Source of the DNA: an uncultured Actinomycetes bacterium
GTDB taxonomy: Bacteria > Actinomycetota > Actinomycetes > S36-B12 > CAIYMF01
Reading direction: 5' to 3'
Length of the DNA stretch: 32,000 bases
Assembly (NCBI GenBank): GCA_963843975.1
Contig: CAWJMG010000003.1
Location: 1,800,001 to 1,832,000 of the forward strand
The notes below the pieces were generated by a model. That model saw nothing but the letters and a program-made list of their open reading frames with translations, was not told the DNA's origin and searched no databases. Shown one piece after another: positions 5,932-14,991 of this stretch; the first letter of the stretch is position 1; each line of letters opens with the position of its first letter. The position numbers and the translations under genes are program-made.

Positions 5932-6413
5932 GCGTGACCGCGATCGACAAGGACCTCGAGGCTCTGACCATGACGGTCACGGCCGAGTACGACGTGACGG
6001 CAGAGCGGGCCTGGCAGCTCTGGGCCGACCCGCGCCAGCTCGAGCGGTGGTGGGGACCGCCGGTCTACCCGGCCACCGTGGAGGAGCACGACCTGCGCCC
6101 GGGCGGGAAGGTCACGTACTTCATGACGGGGCCGACGGGCGACACCCCGCACGGCTACTGGGACGTCGTCGAGGTGTCGGCACCGCGACTGCTCGTGGTG
6201 CAGGACGGCTTCGCAGCAGACGACGGCACCCCGATCGAGGGCATGCCCAGCACCCGCATGCAGGTGGACATCACCGACCGCGCCGGAGGCGTCACCGTGA
6301 CCGTCACCTCGACGTTCGCCTCGCTCGAGGCGCTCGAGCAGCTGCTCGGGATGGGCATGGAGGAGGGCCTGCGCGAGGCCATGGGCCAGATCGAGGCGAT
6401 CCTCGCCGCCTGA
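5928..6413 (+). CDS. SRPBCC/AHSA1 (activator of Hsp90 ATPase homologue) domain protein
   Basis: 161 aa with RAWQLWADPRQLERWWGP, typical of AHSA1/START-like proteins paired with ArsR regulators. It has an ATGA start/stop overlap with the ArsR gene. Confidence 0.8.
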   Translation: MSVTAIDKDLEALTMTVTAEYDVTAERAWQLWADPRQLERWWGPPVYPATVEEHDLRPGGKVTYFMTGPTGDTPHGYWDVVEVSAPRLLVVQDGFAADDGTPIEGMPSTRMQVDITDRAGGVTVTVTSTFASLEALEQLLGMGMEEGLREAMGQIEAILAA

Positions 6414-6426
6414 CGCCGTACGACGC

Positions 6427-6867
6427 TCAGCGCTGGACGGCCCAGTCGTCGCCGGCGGCGAGGCGCAGCTCGAGCAACGTGGCGAGCGCGACCGACTCGC
6501 CGTCACGGCCGCCGATGCCGGCCTGCAGCCGCGGCTCGTCGGGCCGGAGGGTCACCCCGGCGAAGCGCGACCGCATGCTCTTCGGCGCGCTGAGCACGTA
6601 CATCTCGCCGTCCTCGGCGATGCCGAGCGAGCCGTCACGCCGGAGGTACCAGCCGACGAGGCCGCTCGCGTAGGTGTCGCGCGAATCGCCGGCGCGCACG
6701 CGCAGCGGCGTGGTCGCGAGGCCGCGGCTCCGGGCCTCGGTGACGAAGCCGGCCACGAGGGCGCGGGCCTGCTCGACCTCGGCGGCCCGGTTGCGCGCAG
6801 CGCGCGCGGCCTGGGCGTCGGCTGCCTCGCGGCGCCGTGCCTGCCAGTCGTCGTCCGTCCCGGTCAC
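6427..6867 (-). CDS. hypothetical protein
   Basis: 146-aa ORF with a GTG start and good GC3. No family was recognised. Confidence 0.5.
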   Translation of the reverse strand: MTGTDDDWQARRREAADAQAARAARNRAAEVEQARALVAGFVTEARSRGLATTPLRVRAGDSRDTYASGLVGWYLRRDGSLGIAEDGEMYVLSAPKSMRSRFAGVTLRPDEPRLQAGIGGRDGESVALATLLELRLAAGDDWAVQR

Positions 6868-6889
6868 GACGGTGAAGCCGTCGCGGCCG

Positions 6890-6988
6890 TCAGATCGAGA
6901 GGAACTGCAGGTAGCCGATGAGCGAGCCCACGGCGGCGGCGACGAAGAACGCGACGAGGGGGCCCCAGGCCAGGATCGGGTTGGTCAT
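6890..6988 (-). CDS. 32-aa hydrophobic micro-protein (single TM)
   Basis: The product is MTNPILAWGPLVAFFVAAAVGSLIGYLQFLSI. All sense codons end in G/C. A GGATGGGGG RBS-like sequence lies upstream of ATG 6988. Confidence 0.5.
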   Translation of the reverse strand: MTNPILAWGPLVAFFVAAAVGSLIGYLQFLSI

Positions 6989-7050
6989 GCCCCCATCCTG
7001 GCGCGACCGCTCCCCCGGCGCTGCACGAACCCCGCGTGACGTTCGCCGCC

Positions 7051-8673
7051 TCAGCCGGCGAGGGCCGCGGCGACGACCGCACGCGCCTCGTCCTGGACGG
7101 CGGCGAGGTGCTCCGGGCCCTTGAACGACTCGGCGTACAGCTTGTAGACGTCCTCGGTGCCCGACGGGCGCGCGGCGAACCACGCGTTGTCCGTCTGCAC
7201 CTTGAGGCCGCCGAGCGAGGCGCCGTTGCCGGGCGCGGTGGTCAGCGTGGCCGTGATCGGCTCCCCCGCCAGCGTCGTCGCCGTGACCTGGTCGGGCGAG
7301 AGCTTGGCGAGGATCGCCTTCTGCTCACGCGTCGCCGGCGAGTCGATGCGCGCGTAGGCCGGCTCTCCGTACTGCTCGGTGAGGCCGCGGTAGTGCTGCG
7401 ACGGCGACGAGCCCGTCACGGCCTGGATCTCCGATGCGAGCAGGGCGAGGATGATGCCGTCCTTGTCGGTGGTCCACACTGAGCCGTCGCGCGTGAGGAA
7501 GCTCGCGCCGGCGCTCTCCTCGCCTCCGAACGCCACCGAGCCGTCGAGCAGCCCGGGCACGAACCACTTGAAGCCGACGGGCACCTCGAGCAGCCGCCGG
7601 CCGAGACCGGCGACGACTCGGTCGATCATCGACGAGCTCACGAGCGTCTTGCCCACGGCGGAGTCGGGGCTCCACCCGTCGCGGTGCGCGTAGAGGTAGT
7701 GGATCGCGACGGCCAGGAAGTGGTTGGGGTTCATGAGGCCCCCGTCCGGCGTCACGATGCCGTGCCGGTCGGAGTCGGTGTCGTTGCCGGTCGCGATGTC
7801 GAACTCGTGCTGCTTGGCGATGAGGCTGGCCATCGCCGACGGCGACGAGCAGTCCATCCGGATCTTGCCGTCCCAGTCGAGCGTCATGAAGCGGAACGTC
7901 GGGTCGACGTCCGGGTTCACGACCGTGAGGTCGAGGTCGTAGCGCTCCCCGATGGCTCCCCAGTAGCCCACGCTCGCGCCGCCCAGCGGGTCGGCGCCGA
8001 TCCGCACGCCCGCACGGCTGATCGCCTCGAGGTCGACGACCTTGCCGAGCTCGCCGACGTACGCGTCGAGGAAGTCGTAGGTGCCCGGCGCGCGGTTCGC
8101 GAGGCTCACGCGCTTCACACCCGCGAGGCCGGCGCGCAGCAGCTGGTTGGCGCGGTCCTGCACCCAGCCCGTGATCTCGGTGCCCGCGGGGCCGCCGTCC
8201 GGCGGGTTGTACTTGAAGCCGCCGTCCGGCGGCGGGTTGTGCGACGGCGTGACGCAGATGCCGTCGGCCTTCGCCCCGCGTGCGTTGGCGACGAGGATCG
8301 CGCGCGACACCGACGGCGTGGGCGTGTAGCCGCCACGCGAGTCGACGAGCACGTCGACGTCGTTCGCCAGCAGAACCTCGAGGGCGCTGACCGTCGCGGG
8401 CTCGGACAGGGCGTGCGTGTCGGCGCCGAGGAACAGCGGGCCGTCGATGCCCTGGCTCGAGCGGTACTCGCAGATCGCCTGCGTCGTGGCGAGGATGTGG
8501 TCCTCGTTGAAGCTCGCCGAGAACGCCGACCCGCGGTGGCCGCTGGTGCCGAACGCGACGCGCTGGCCCGGGTCCTCCGGGTCGGGGTGCACGGTGAAGT
8601 ACGCCGTCACCAGCTTGGCGACGTCGACCAGGTCAGCGGACGTGGGCAGCTGCCCGGCGCGGGGATCGCTCAT
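7051..8673 (-). CDS. pgm: phosphoglucomutase, alpha-D-glucose phosphate-specific
   Basis: 540 aa with the active-site loop [15 protein letters not shown], the FGTSGHRG N-terminal motif and the GGEESAG sugar-binding loop. Confidence 0.95.
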   Translation of the reverse strand: MSDPRAGQLPTSADLVDVAKLVTAYFTVHPDPEDPGQRVAFGTSGHRGSAFSASFNEDHILATTQAICEYRSSQGIDGPLFLGADTHALSEPATVSALEVLLANDVDVLVDSRGGYTPTPSVSRAILVANARGAKADGICVTPSHNPPPDGGFKYNPPDGGPAGTEITGWVQDRANQLLRAGLAGVKRVSLANRAPGTYDFLDAYVGELGKVVDLEAISRAGVRIGADPLGGASVGYWGAIGERYDLDLTVVNPDVDPTFRFMTLDWDGKIRMDCSSPSAMASLIAKQHEFDIATGNDTDSDRHGIVTPDGGLMNPNHFLAVAIHYLYAHRDGWSPDSAVGKTLVSSSMIDRVVAGLGRRLLEVPVGFKWFVPGLLDGSVAFGGEESAGASFLTRDGSVWTTDKDGIILALLASEIQAVTGSSPSQHYRGLTEQYGEPAYARIDSPATREQKAILAKLSPDQVTATTLAGEPITATLTTAPGNGASLGGLKVQTDNAWFAARPSGTEDVYKLYAESFKGPEHLAAVQDEARAVVAAALAG

Positions 8674-8701
8674 GCAGAGATCCTGGCAGGACTCGTGTGC
8701 C

Positions 8702-8771
8702 GTGGGTGCTAACCCACCCGATCTGGATGCGCTAACGGGCGGTTGCGCGGCCGTTCGGGCATCCAGATCGG
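8702..8771 (-). terminator. two adjacent stem-loops between the SDR gene and pgm (terminator/regulatory structure)
   Basis: The 13-bp stems CCGATCTGGATGC (8718-8730) and GCATCCAGATCGG (8759-8771) enclose an inner AACGG/CCGTT pair. A second hairpin, GTGGGT-GCTA-ACCCAC, lies at 8702-8717. Confidence 0.45.
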
Positions 8772-8780
8772 AGCGAGGGC

Positions 8781-9593
8781 TCAGATCCCGAGCATCTTCT
8801 TCATCTGGTCGGCGACCGTGGTGATGGCCTTGGTCGGGTTGAGTCGCGAGAGCCGGTCGAGCATCTTCGCGTCGCTGCCGATGAGCAGGCGTGGCTTGCC
8901 CGCTGCCAGCGCGTCCACGATCTGGCGGGCGGCGTCGTCCGGAGCGGTGGTCTTCGGTGGCTTGCCGCTCGCCATCACCTTGTCCATGTTCGGCACCTCG
9001 ACGCCGGAGTTTCCGGTGATGTTGGTGCCGACGCCGCCCGGGAACACCACGGTCACGGCCACGCTCGTGCCGCGCAGCTCGGCGTACAGCGTCTCGGTCA
9101 GCAGCTTCACGGCGCCCTTGCTCGCGCCGTAGGCGCCCTGGCCGGGGACGGGCACGAGCCCGCCCATGCTGGAGACGTTGAGCAGCGCGGCCGACGGCCG
9201 CTCCTTCAGATACGGGATGAACGCCATGTCCATGTAGAGGGTGCCCCAGAAGTTCACGGCCATGACCTTCTCGATCTCCTCGACCGCGAGGTCCTCGACA
9301 TGGACGAACCGCTGGATGATGCCGGCGATGTTGAGGATCCCGTCGACCTGGCCGTGGGTCGCGATCACCTGCGCGGGGAGGGCCTCGACCGCTGCGCGGT
9401 CCGCCACGCTCAGGGCGTGCGTCGTGAGGAAGCCCTCGGGCGCCTTCGCCAGCGCGACGGTCTCGGCGAGCCCTGCCTCGCTCAGGTCCACGGCAGCCAC
9501 GCGCGCGCCGCGGCGCAGCAGCTCGAGGGTGACCTCACGGCCGATCCCGTTGCCCCCGCCGGTGACGACGAAGACCTTCTCTGCGACCTGCAT
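8781..9593 (-). CDS. SDR-family short-chain dehydrogenase/reductase
   Basis: It has the TGGGNGIG cofactor motif, NIAG, and the catalytic S...YGASK triad spacing. Confidence 0.9.
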   Translation of the reverse strand: MQVAEKVFVVTGGGNGIGREVTLELLRRGARVAAVDLSEAGLAETVALAKAPEGFLTTHALSVADRAAVEALPAQVIATHGQVDGILNIAGIIQRFVHVEDLAVEEIEKVMAVNFWGTLYMDMAFIPYLKERPSAALLNVSSMGGLVPVPGQGAYGASKGAVKLLTETLYAELRGTSVAVTVVFPGGVGTNITGNSGVEVPNMDKVMASGKPPKTTAPDDAARQIVDALAAGKPRLLIGSDAKMLDRLSRLNPTKAITTVADQMKKMLGI

Positions 9594-9692
9594 GACGATC
9601 CACCTTCTCCGAGCTCGTGGACGCGCCTGTCACGGCGGGCCCTACGTCCACCGTAGGCACGCCGTGCTGCAGAGTCCTTCCCACCCGGACGA

Positions 9693-9719
9693 CTGGGCGC
9701 CCTCGACGAGGGCGCCCAG
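9693..9719 (-). terminator. stem-loop terminator downstream of secDF
   Basis: CTGGGCGCCCTC-GAC-GAGGGCGCCCAG forms a perfect 12-bp stem 12 nt beyond the secDF stop codon. Confidence 0.6.
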
Positions 9720-9730
9720 GCGCGTCGTCG

Positions 9731-12106
9731 TCACCTGCCGGACGGCACTCCGGCGTACGGGTCGACCGCCGGCGGACGGCGCGAGCCGGAGGAGGAGCCC
9801 CGACCCTTCCGGCCGGCAGCACCGCGCGCCCTGCCCGACAGCACCAGGAGCAGCGGCGTGGCGACGAACGTCGAGGACAGCGTGCCGATCACGAGGCCGA
9901 GCAGCAGCGCCAGGGCGAAGTCGCCCAGCGAGTCGCCACCGAGGAGAACCAGCGCGCCGAGGATCACCATCGCGCCGATGCCGGTGTTGATCGTGCGCGG
10001 CACCGTCTGGAGCACCGCCTCGTTGGCCACCTGCGCGAGTGGCTCCCCCGGTCTGTCGCGGATGCGTTCGCGGATCCGGTCGAAGACCACTACGGTGTCG
10101 TTCACGCTCAGGCCGATGATCGTGAGCAGTGCAGCGATGAACACGCCGTCCACGGGCTTGGACCACCACGCGAAGACGCCGACGACGAGCAGCACGTCGT
10201 GCAGGAGCGCGAGCACCGCCGCAGCGCCGAACGTCCACCGGAAGCGGTAGGCGAGATACGCCATCTGCGCGAGCAGCGCGACGCCGAGGGCGATGAGCGC
10301 CTTCGTCCGGAGCTCCTCTCCGATGGTCGGCCCGATGAGCTCGTCCCTGACCTTCTCGACGTCGCCGCCGATCGCGGCGAGAGCGTCCTGCACCGACTGC
10401 GCCTGGTCGTTGTCGATCGGGTCCGTGCGCACCGTGATGCGCTCGGCGCCGTCCGCGCCGGTCGAGGTCTGCACGACCGCGCGCGGCAGACCCTCGGACG
10501 TGAGGATGTCGCGTGCCCGGTCGACGTCGACCTGCTGGCTCGTGGAGTACTCCAGCAGGCGGCCGCCGGTGAACTCCACTCCCAGGTTGAGCCCCTTGAT
10601 CACGACGCCCGCCAGAGCGACGACGACGAGAACGCCTGAGATCGACAGCCACAACGCCTTGCGCCGCATCAGGTCCGGGCCGCTGCGCTCGAGCCACGCA
10701 CGCAGCCGGCCGTTGCCCGTGATGCCCGACCACCGCGGCCGGCGTACGACGAACTGTCGCCGGACGAGCCACTCGCTCAGCACCCGCGCGACGACGAGCG
10801 CCGACACCATGGAGGCGAGGACACCGATGCCGAGCGTGACGCCGAAGCCCTTCACCGGCCCGGACGCGAGGTAGAACAGCAGGCCCGCGGCGAGAAGCGT
10901 CGTCACGTTGGAGTCGAGGATCGCGCTCCACGCCTTGTCGAAGCCGGTCCGCAGAGCGCGCCTCAGCGCGGTCTCCTCCGAGCCGTTCCTCGAGGCGCGG
11001 CCTTCGGCGTACGCCTCGCGGGCCCGTTCGAACACGAGAACGTTGGCGTCGATCGCGAGACCGATGGCGAGGACGAAGCCGGCAAGGCCGGGCAGGGTCA
11101 GCGTGGCGCCGAGCGCGACGAGGACCGAGTACGAGATGAGGCTGTACGACGCCAGAGCGACGCTGGCCGCAAGGCCCACGAGGCGGTAGACGACGGAGAT
11201 GTAGAGCGCCGTCAGGGCGAGACCGATGATCGCGGCCTGCACCGAGGCCTCGATCGCCTCCGCACCGAGGGTCGGGCCGACAGTGCGCTGCTCGACGACC
11301 TCGACGTCGAGGGGCAGCGAGCCGCCGCGCACGAGGGCCGCGAGCTCCTGGGCCTCCTGGGTGGTGAAGGTGCCGGTGATCTGGGTGCCGCCGCCCGCGA
11401 TGCCGACGCCGCACGAGATCGAGGGGTCGACCTGCGGCGAGGAGATGATCGCGCCGTCGAGCACGATCGCCACCCGGCGCGACGGGTCGCCCGGTGCGGC
11501 GCAGGCGGCGTCGGCCGTCACCTGCTGCCAGGCGTCCACACCTTCACCGCCGAAGTCGAGCGTCACGAACCAGCCGGCACCCTGCGACGGATCGGTCCCA
11601 GCTACGGCGTCTGCGATCTTGTCGCCGGTCAACGCAGGGGGGCCGAGCCGCAGCACCTGGCCCGACTCGTCGGCGATGAGCGTCTCGCCCGCCCCCGGCT
11701 TGTCACCCTCCGCCGCGATGCCCGCGACGGGGTGCACGGTGAGCTGAGCGGTGCGGCCGATCGTGTCGGCGGCCTCGCGCGGGTCCTGGACGCCGGGCAG
11801 CTCGACGATGATCCGTGTGTCGCCCGACCGGGCGAGCGTCGGCTCGGAGACGCCGAGCGCGTCGACGCGCTTGCGCAGCACCTCGAGGACGCGGTCGGTC
11901 GACTCGGCATCCGCGACGGTGGCGCCGGTGTCGCGCGTCTCGAGCACGATCTGGGTGCCGCCGCGCAGGTCGAGGCCGAGCCGCACCGGGCTGGTGACGG
12001 CGAAGAACAGCGCCCCGGCGATGATCACCCCGGCTGCGAGGGCACGCAGCAGCATCGACTTCCGCTCGCGCGCGCCGGCGTCCTGCTGCGTTCGCGTCGC
12101 GCTCAT
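9731..12106 (-). CDS. secDF: fused protein-export membrane protein SecDF
   Basis: 791 aa from ATG 12106. The SecD part contains LGLDLRGGTQIVLE and a periplasmic P1 domain. The SecF part contains LNLGVEFTGGRLLEY. There are 12 TM segments in all. The track ORF extends spuriously to 12592. Confidence 0.9.
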   Translation of the reverse strand: MSATRTQQDAGARERKSMLLRALAAGVIIAGALFFAVTSPVRLGLDLRGGTQIVLETRDTGATVADAESTDRVLEVLRKRVDALGVSEPTLARSGDTRIIVELPGVQDPREAADTIGRTAQLTVHPVAGIAAEGDKPGAGETLIADESGQVLRLGPPALTGDKIADAVAGTDPSQGAGWFVTLDFGGEGVDAWQQVTADAACAAPGDPSRRVAIVLDGAIISSPQVDPSISCGVGIAGGGTQITGTFTTQEAQELAALVRGGSLPLDVEVVEQRTVGPTLGAEAIEASVQAAIIGLALTALYISVVYRLVGLAASVALASYSLISYSVLVALGATLTLPGLAGFVLAIGLAIDANVLVFERAREAYAEGRASRNGSEETALRRALRTGFDKAWSAILDSNVTTLLAAGLLFYLASGPVKGFGVTLGIGVLASMVSALVVARVLSEWLVRRQFVVRRPRWSGITGNGRLRAWLERSGPDLMRRKALWLSISGVLVVVALAGVVIKGLNLGVEFTGGRLLEYSTSQQVDVDRARDILTSEGLPRAVVQTSTGADGAERITVRTDPIDNDQAQSVQDALAAIGGDVEKVRDELIGPTIGEELRTKALIALGVALLAQMAYLAYRFRWTFGAAAVLALLHDVLLVVGVFAWWSKPVDGVFIAALLTIIGLSVNDTVVVFDRIRERIRDRPGEPLAQVANEAVLQTVPRTINTGIGAMVILGALVLLGGDSLGDFALALLLGLVIGTLSSTFVATPLLLVLSGRARGAAGRKGRGSSSGSRRPPAVDPYAGVPSGR

Positions 12107-12519
12107 CGGTCGCACCGCGCGCACATGCGCCGCAGCGGGTCGGAGAGGACGAGCGCGGACGGCAGTTGGGTGGAGCAGCGCAGGCAGGTGCCGTAGCGGC
12201 CGTCGGCGAGCCGGTGGAGCGCGTCGGCGACGTCGGACGCCTCGTGCTCCGCAGCGTCGAGCGAGCGGAGCGCCGCCATGAGCGGCTCCTGCACGCCCGG
12301 GTCGGACACGTCGGAGGTCTCGCTCAGCACGTCGAGCACGGCGGTCGCGCCCGCCATCTGCTCGTCGAGCTCGAGACCGCGAAGCGCCAGGCGCGTGCGC
12401 ACGCTGTCGAGGTCGGAGGCCGACAACGGCCGGTGGGTGACGGGGGCGGGCATTGCTTCTCCCGGGAGGGACGACGGCGGGGACGCCGCAGGCACGCCGC
12501 GCGGCAGCGCGGTCGACAT
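12103..12519 (-). CDS. TraR/DksA-family C4 zinc-finger protein
   Basis: The C-terminus GTCLRCSTQLPSALVLSDPLRRMCARCDR is CxxC-x17-CxxC, preceded by a coiled-coil-like region. The stop overlaps the secDF ATG (ATGA at 12103-12106). An alternative start at ATG 12453 has a GGGAGAAG RBS. Confidence 0.75.
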   Translation of the reverse strand: MSTALPRGVPAASPPSSLPGEAMPAPVTHRPLSASDLDSVRTRLALRGLELDEQMAGATAVLDVLSETSDVSDPGVQEPLMAALRSLDAAEHEASDVADALHRLADGRYGTCLRCSTQLPSALVLSDPLRRMCARCDR

Positions 12520-12624
12520 GCAGGACGGAGGTGAGGACGGTCGCGGGCTGGTGCGCGGACTCCTCGTGGAGCACCGACGGGTGCGTCGTCATGACGCCGG
12601 GTCAGTGCTGGGCGGCGGTGAGCC

Positions 12625-13014
12625 TCAGCAGCAGACCGGCGCGGGCGGTGCGCGCGGGCCTACGGTGCCGGGCGAACGCCACGACGCCGCGCCGGCCATC
12701 CGGCGTACGGCGACGAGCAGGCAGAGGCCCGCGAGCAGGAGCAGCGCCGCAGCGCTGACCGCAGCGGGCACGGGCCCGGGTCCGCCGTAGGTGCGATGCG
12801 ATGCCGTCGAGCCGAGCGCCGACGAGTGAGCCGTGCGCACAGCGGCATGGTCGAGCGTGCCCGAGGCGGCGGCGTAGGACGCTGGAGAGGACGTGGCGGG
12901 CAGGACGGATGCGGCACCGGTGGGCGACGCGATGCCCAGGCTCGAGGTGAGCGCCAGGAGCACGCCGAGGACGGCGGCCCCGAGGGCTGCGCGACGTCGG
13001 CTGGGCTGGCTCAC
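12625..13014 (-). CDS. small exported Ala/Ser-rich protein with C-terminal TM anchor
   Basis: GTG 13014 gives VSQPSRRRAALGAAVLGVLLALTSSLGIASPTGA, a signal-peptide-like N-terminus. A hydrophobic segment AAVSAAALLLLAGLCLLVAV followed by RR lies near the C-terminus. GC3 is high. The start is uncertain, since the track uses GTG 13080. Confidence 0.5.
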   Translation of the reverse strand: MSQPSRRRAALGAAVLGVLLALTSSLGIASPTGAASVLPATSSPASYAAASGTLDHAAVRTAHSSALGSTASHRTYGGPGPVPAAVSAAALLLLAGLCLLVAVRRMAGAASWRSPGTVGPRAPPAPVCC

Positions 13015-13109
13015 CCGTCCAACGTACGTGAAGAACGCGCGAGCACCAATCAGGTTCACCGCCGACCGTGCTCGGGGCACGGAACCGTGATCGCTCCTAG
13101 GGTGTCCCC

Positions 13110-13505
13110 ATGGAGTTGCAGGTCAACGTGCACGGCGAGCCGCTCGAGGTGTGCAGCCTCGAACCCCTCACGGGCTTCTACCGCGACGGCTACACCACCA
13201 CCGGGCCCGAGGACGTCGGCTCGCACACGGTGTGCACGGTGGTGACGGCGGAGTTCCTCGAGCACCAGAAGCAGATCGGCAACGATCTCGCGACGCCGAT
13301 GCCGCAGTACGGCTTCCCTGGCCTGAAGCCGGGTGACCGATGGGCCGTGTGCGCGTCGCGGTGGTTCCAGTCGTACGCCGCCGGTGCGCCAGCACCAGTC
13401 GTGCTCCGCGCGACCAACATCGCCGCGCTCGACCTCGTGCCGGAGGACGCGCTGTTCGCCGTCGCCGCGGACGCGCCCGACGACGCGTCGTCCTTGCTCG
13501 ACTGA
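13110..13505 (+). CDS. DUF2237-family protein
   Basis: PLEVCSLEPLTGFYRDGYTTTGPEDVGSHTVC...GNDLATPMPQYGFPGLKPGDRWAVCASRW matches the conserved DUF2237 core. Confidence 0.8.
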   Translation: MELQVNVHGEPLEVCSLEPLTGFYRDGYTTTGPEDVGSHTVCTVVTAEFLEHQKQIGNDLATPMPQYGFPGLKPGDRWAVCASRWFQSYAAGAPAPVVLRATNIAALDLVPEDALFAVAADAPDDASSLLD

Positions 13506-13511
13506 GGCCCG

Positions 13512-14222
13512 TCAGGCCGTGCGGCGGGCGTGCAGCACGGTGTCGTTGATCTCGACGCCATGACCCTCGGGGTGGGTCGCCGGGCGCGGTCGGGCCTCGG
13601 CCACGATCACCTCCCACTCCCCCGGCCCGTCGGCCAGATCCGCCGCGAGCTCGTCTGCCGTGAAGAACAGGTCGGGGTACGGCGGGCGCGGCACGACGCC
13701 GATGTCGCTCGGGTGGTGGGCACCGACGACGAACGAGCCACCGACCGCGACCGCGTCGGCCAGGCCGGCGTAGACCGTGCGCCGCTCGCCGGGCGGGAGA
13801 TGCACGAAGGCGACCGTGACGAGGTCGAAGGCCTGCTCGGGCGGCGCCCAGGCCATGAGGTCGCGCACCTCGAACGTCGCACGGTCGGCGACGCCCAGCT
13901 CGACGGCGCGCGCAGCGGCGCGCTCGATGGCGACCTGCGAGAGGTCCACGCCGACGACCGACCAGCCCTGCTCGGCGAGCCAGAAGGCGTCGCCGCCCTC
14001 GCCGCACCCGACGTCGAGCGCACGACCTGGGGTGAGTGACGACGTCTCGTCCCGGACCACGGCGTTGACGTGACCGCTCCAGAGGCTCTCGGCCGACGAG
14101 TACCGCTCGTCCCAGAACGAGGCGTCCCACCGGGGACGGTCGGCCTGCGGTCCATCGCCGGCGTGGCCGTGCCCTTCGCCGTGCCCATGCCCGTGCTGGT
14201 GGTCGTGACCGTGCTCGGCCAT
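13512..14222 (-). CDS. class I SAM-dependent methyltransferase with His-rich N-terminal tail
   Basis: MAEHGHDHQHGHGHGEGHGHAGDG precedes the methyltransferase core ALDVGCGEGGDAFWLAEQGWSVVGVDLS. It is collinear with the CDS at 3010-3624. Confidence 0.8.
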   Translation of the reverse strand: MAEHGHDHQHGHGHGEGHGHAGDGPQADRPRWDASFWDERYSSAESLWSGHVNAVVRDETSSLTPGRALDVGCGEGGDAFWLAEQGWSVVGVDLSQVAIERAAARAVELGVADRATFEVRDLMAWAPPEQAFDLVTVAFVHLPPGERRTVYAGLADAVAVGGSFVVGAHHPSDIGVVPRPPYPDLFFTADELAADLADGPGEWEVIVAEARPRPATHPEGHGVEINDTVLHARRTA

Positions 14223-14302
14223 GGCTGCTCCTCGGCTGCGGCGCGCAGCGGGCGCCGGCGCCCGGCCATCATTGCCGACGCGCAGCAGAGCGGACGTCGC
14301 GG

Positions 14303-14497
14303 CTACGCGGTGCGGGACAGGTGGATCGCCATCTCGAGGACCGTGTCCTCGTCACCCGCGACGAGCAGCTCGGCGGGGGTGCGGCCGTCGAGCTGGTGCC
14401 GCGGTCGGTTGAGCCAACCGACGACCCCCTGGTCGCCGAGGACGGGACGCAGGATGTCCGCGACGCGTTGCGCGGGGTCGCTGCCCTGGTGGTTCAT
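14303..14497 (-). CDS. DUF2384 (Xre/MbcA/ParS antitoxin C-terminal toxin-binding domain)-like small protein
   Basis: 64 aa. [29 protein letters not shown] fits the DUF2384 consensus (W...p...L.G.tP.ell). Confidence 0.55.
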   Translation of the reverse strand: MNHQGSDPAQRVADILRPVLGDQGVVGWLNRPRHQLDGRTPAELLVAGDEDTVLEMAIHLSRTA

Positions 14498-14649
14498 GTG
14501 CTCAGACCCTTCGAGGTCGGCGCCCCGACGGGTTCGACGGTCGCCGTACTACCTCTAGGACGTCGGCACGCGGCACCACTGGACTTGACCGCGTCGGGCG
14601 ACCTTCCCGGGCTCTGTCGCGCACAGGTGCTGGTGATTACCCTCGACGC

Positions 14650-14991
14650 GTGCACCGGATCTTCACCACGAGCGTCGCCTCGGTCTATCCCCACTACGTC
14701 ACCAAGGTGGAGAAGAAGGGGCGGACCAAGGACGAGCTCGACCGGGCCATCACGTGGCTCACCGGGTTCGACGAGCCGACGCTGCAGCAGCACCTCGACG
14801 CCGGCACGACGTTCGAGGACTTCTTCGCCACGGCCCACCTGAACCCGAACGCTTCCCTCATCACGGGCAGCGTCTGCGGCGTGAAGGTGCAGGAGGTGGA
14901 GGACCCCCTGATGCGGCAGATCCGCTACCTCGACAAGCTCGTCGACGAGCTCGCCAAGGGTCGACCGATGGAGAAGGTCCTGCGCTCGTGA
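14650..14991 (+). CDS. DUF2200-family protein
   Basis: [37 protein letters not shown] is the DUF2200 signature. The start is GTG. Confidence 0.8.
   Translation: MHRIFTTSVASVYPHYVTKVEKKGRTKDELDRAITWLTGFDEPTLQQHLDAGTTFEDFFATAHLNPNASLITGSVCGVKVQEVEDPLMRQIRYLDKLVDELAKGRPMEKVLRS

Noticed and set aside
9617-12592. Multiple long ORFs inside or extending secDF (9642-11414 minus, 9617-10639 plus, the 953-aa extension to 12592, and 11751-12281)
   Set aside because: These are off-frame or antisense Arg-rich translations. The 5' extension overlaps the well-supported TraR/DksA frame. ATG 12106 gives a canonical SecD N-terminus.
13168-14272. 320-aa and 221-aa minus-strand ORFs overlapping the DUF2237 gene and the His-rich methyltransferase gene
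   Set aside because: These are wrong-frame, Arg/Pro-rich readings. The 13512-14222 frame carries the SAM-binding motifs.
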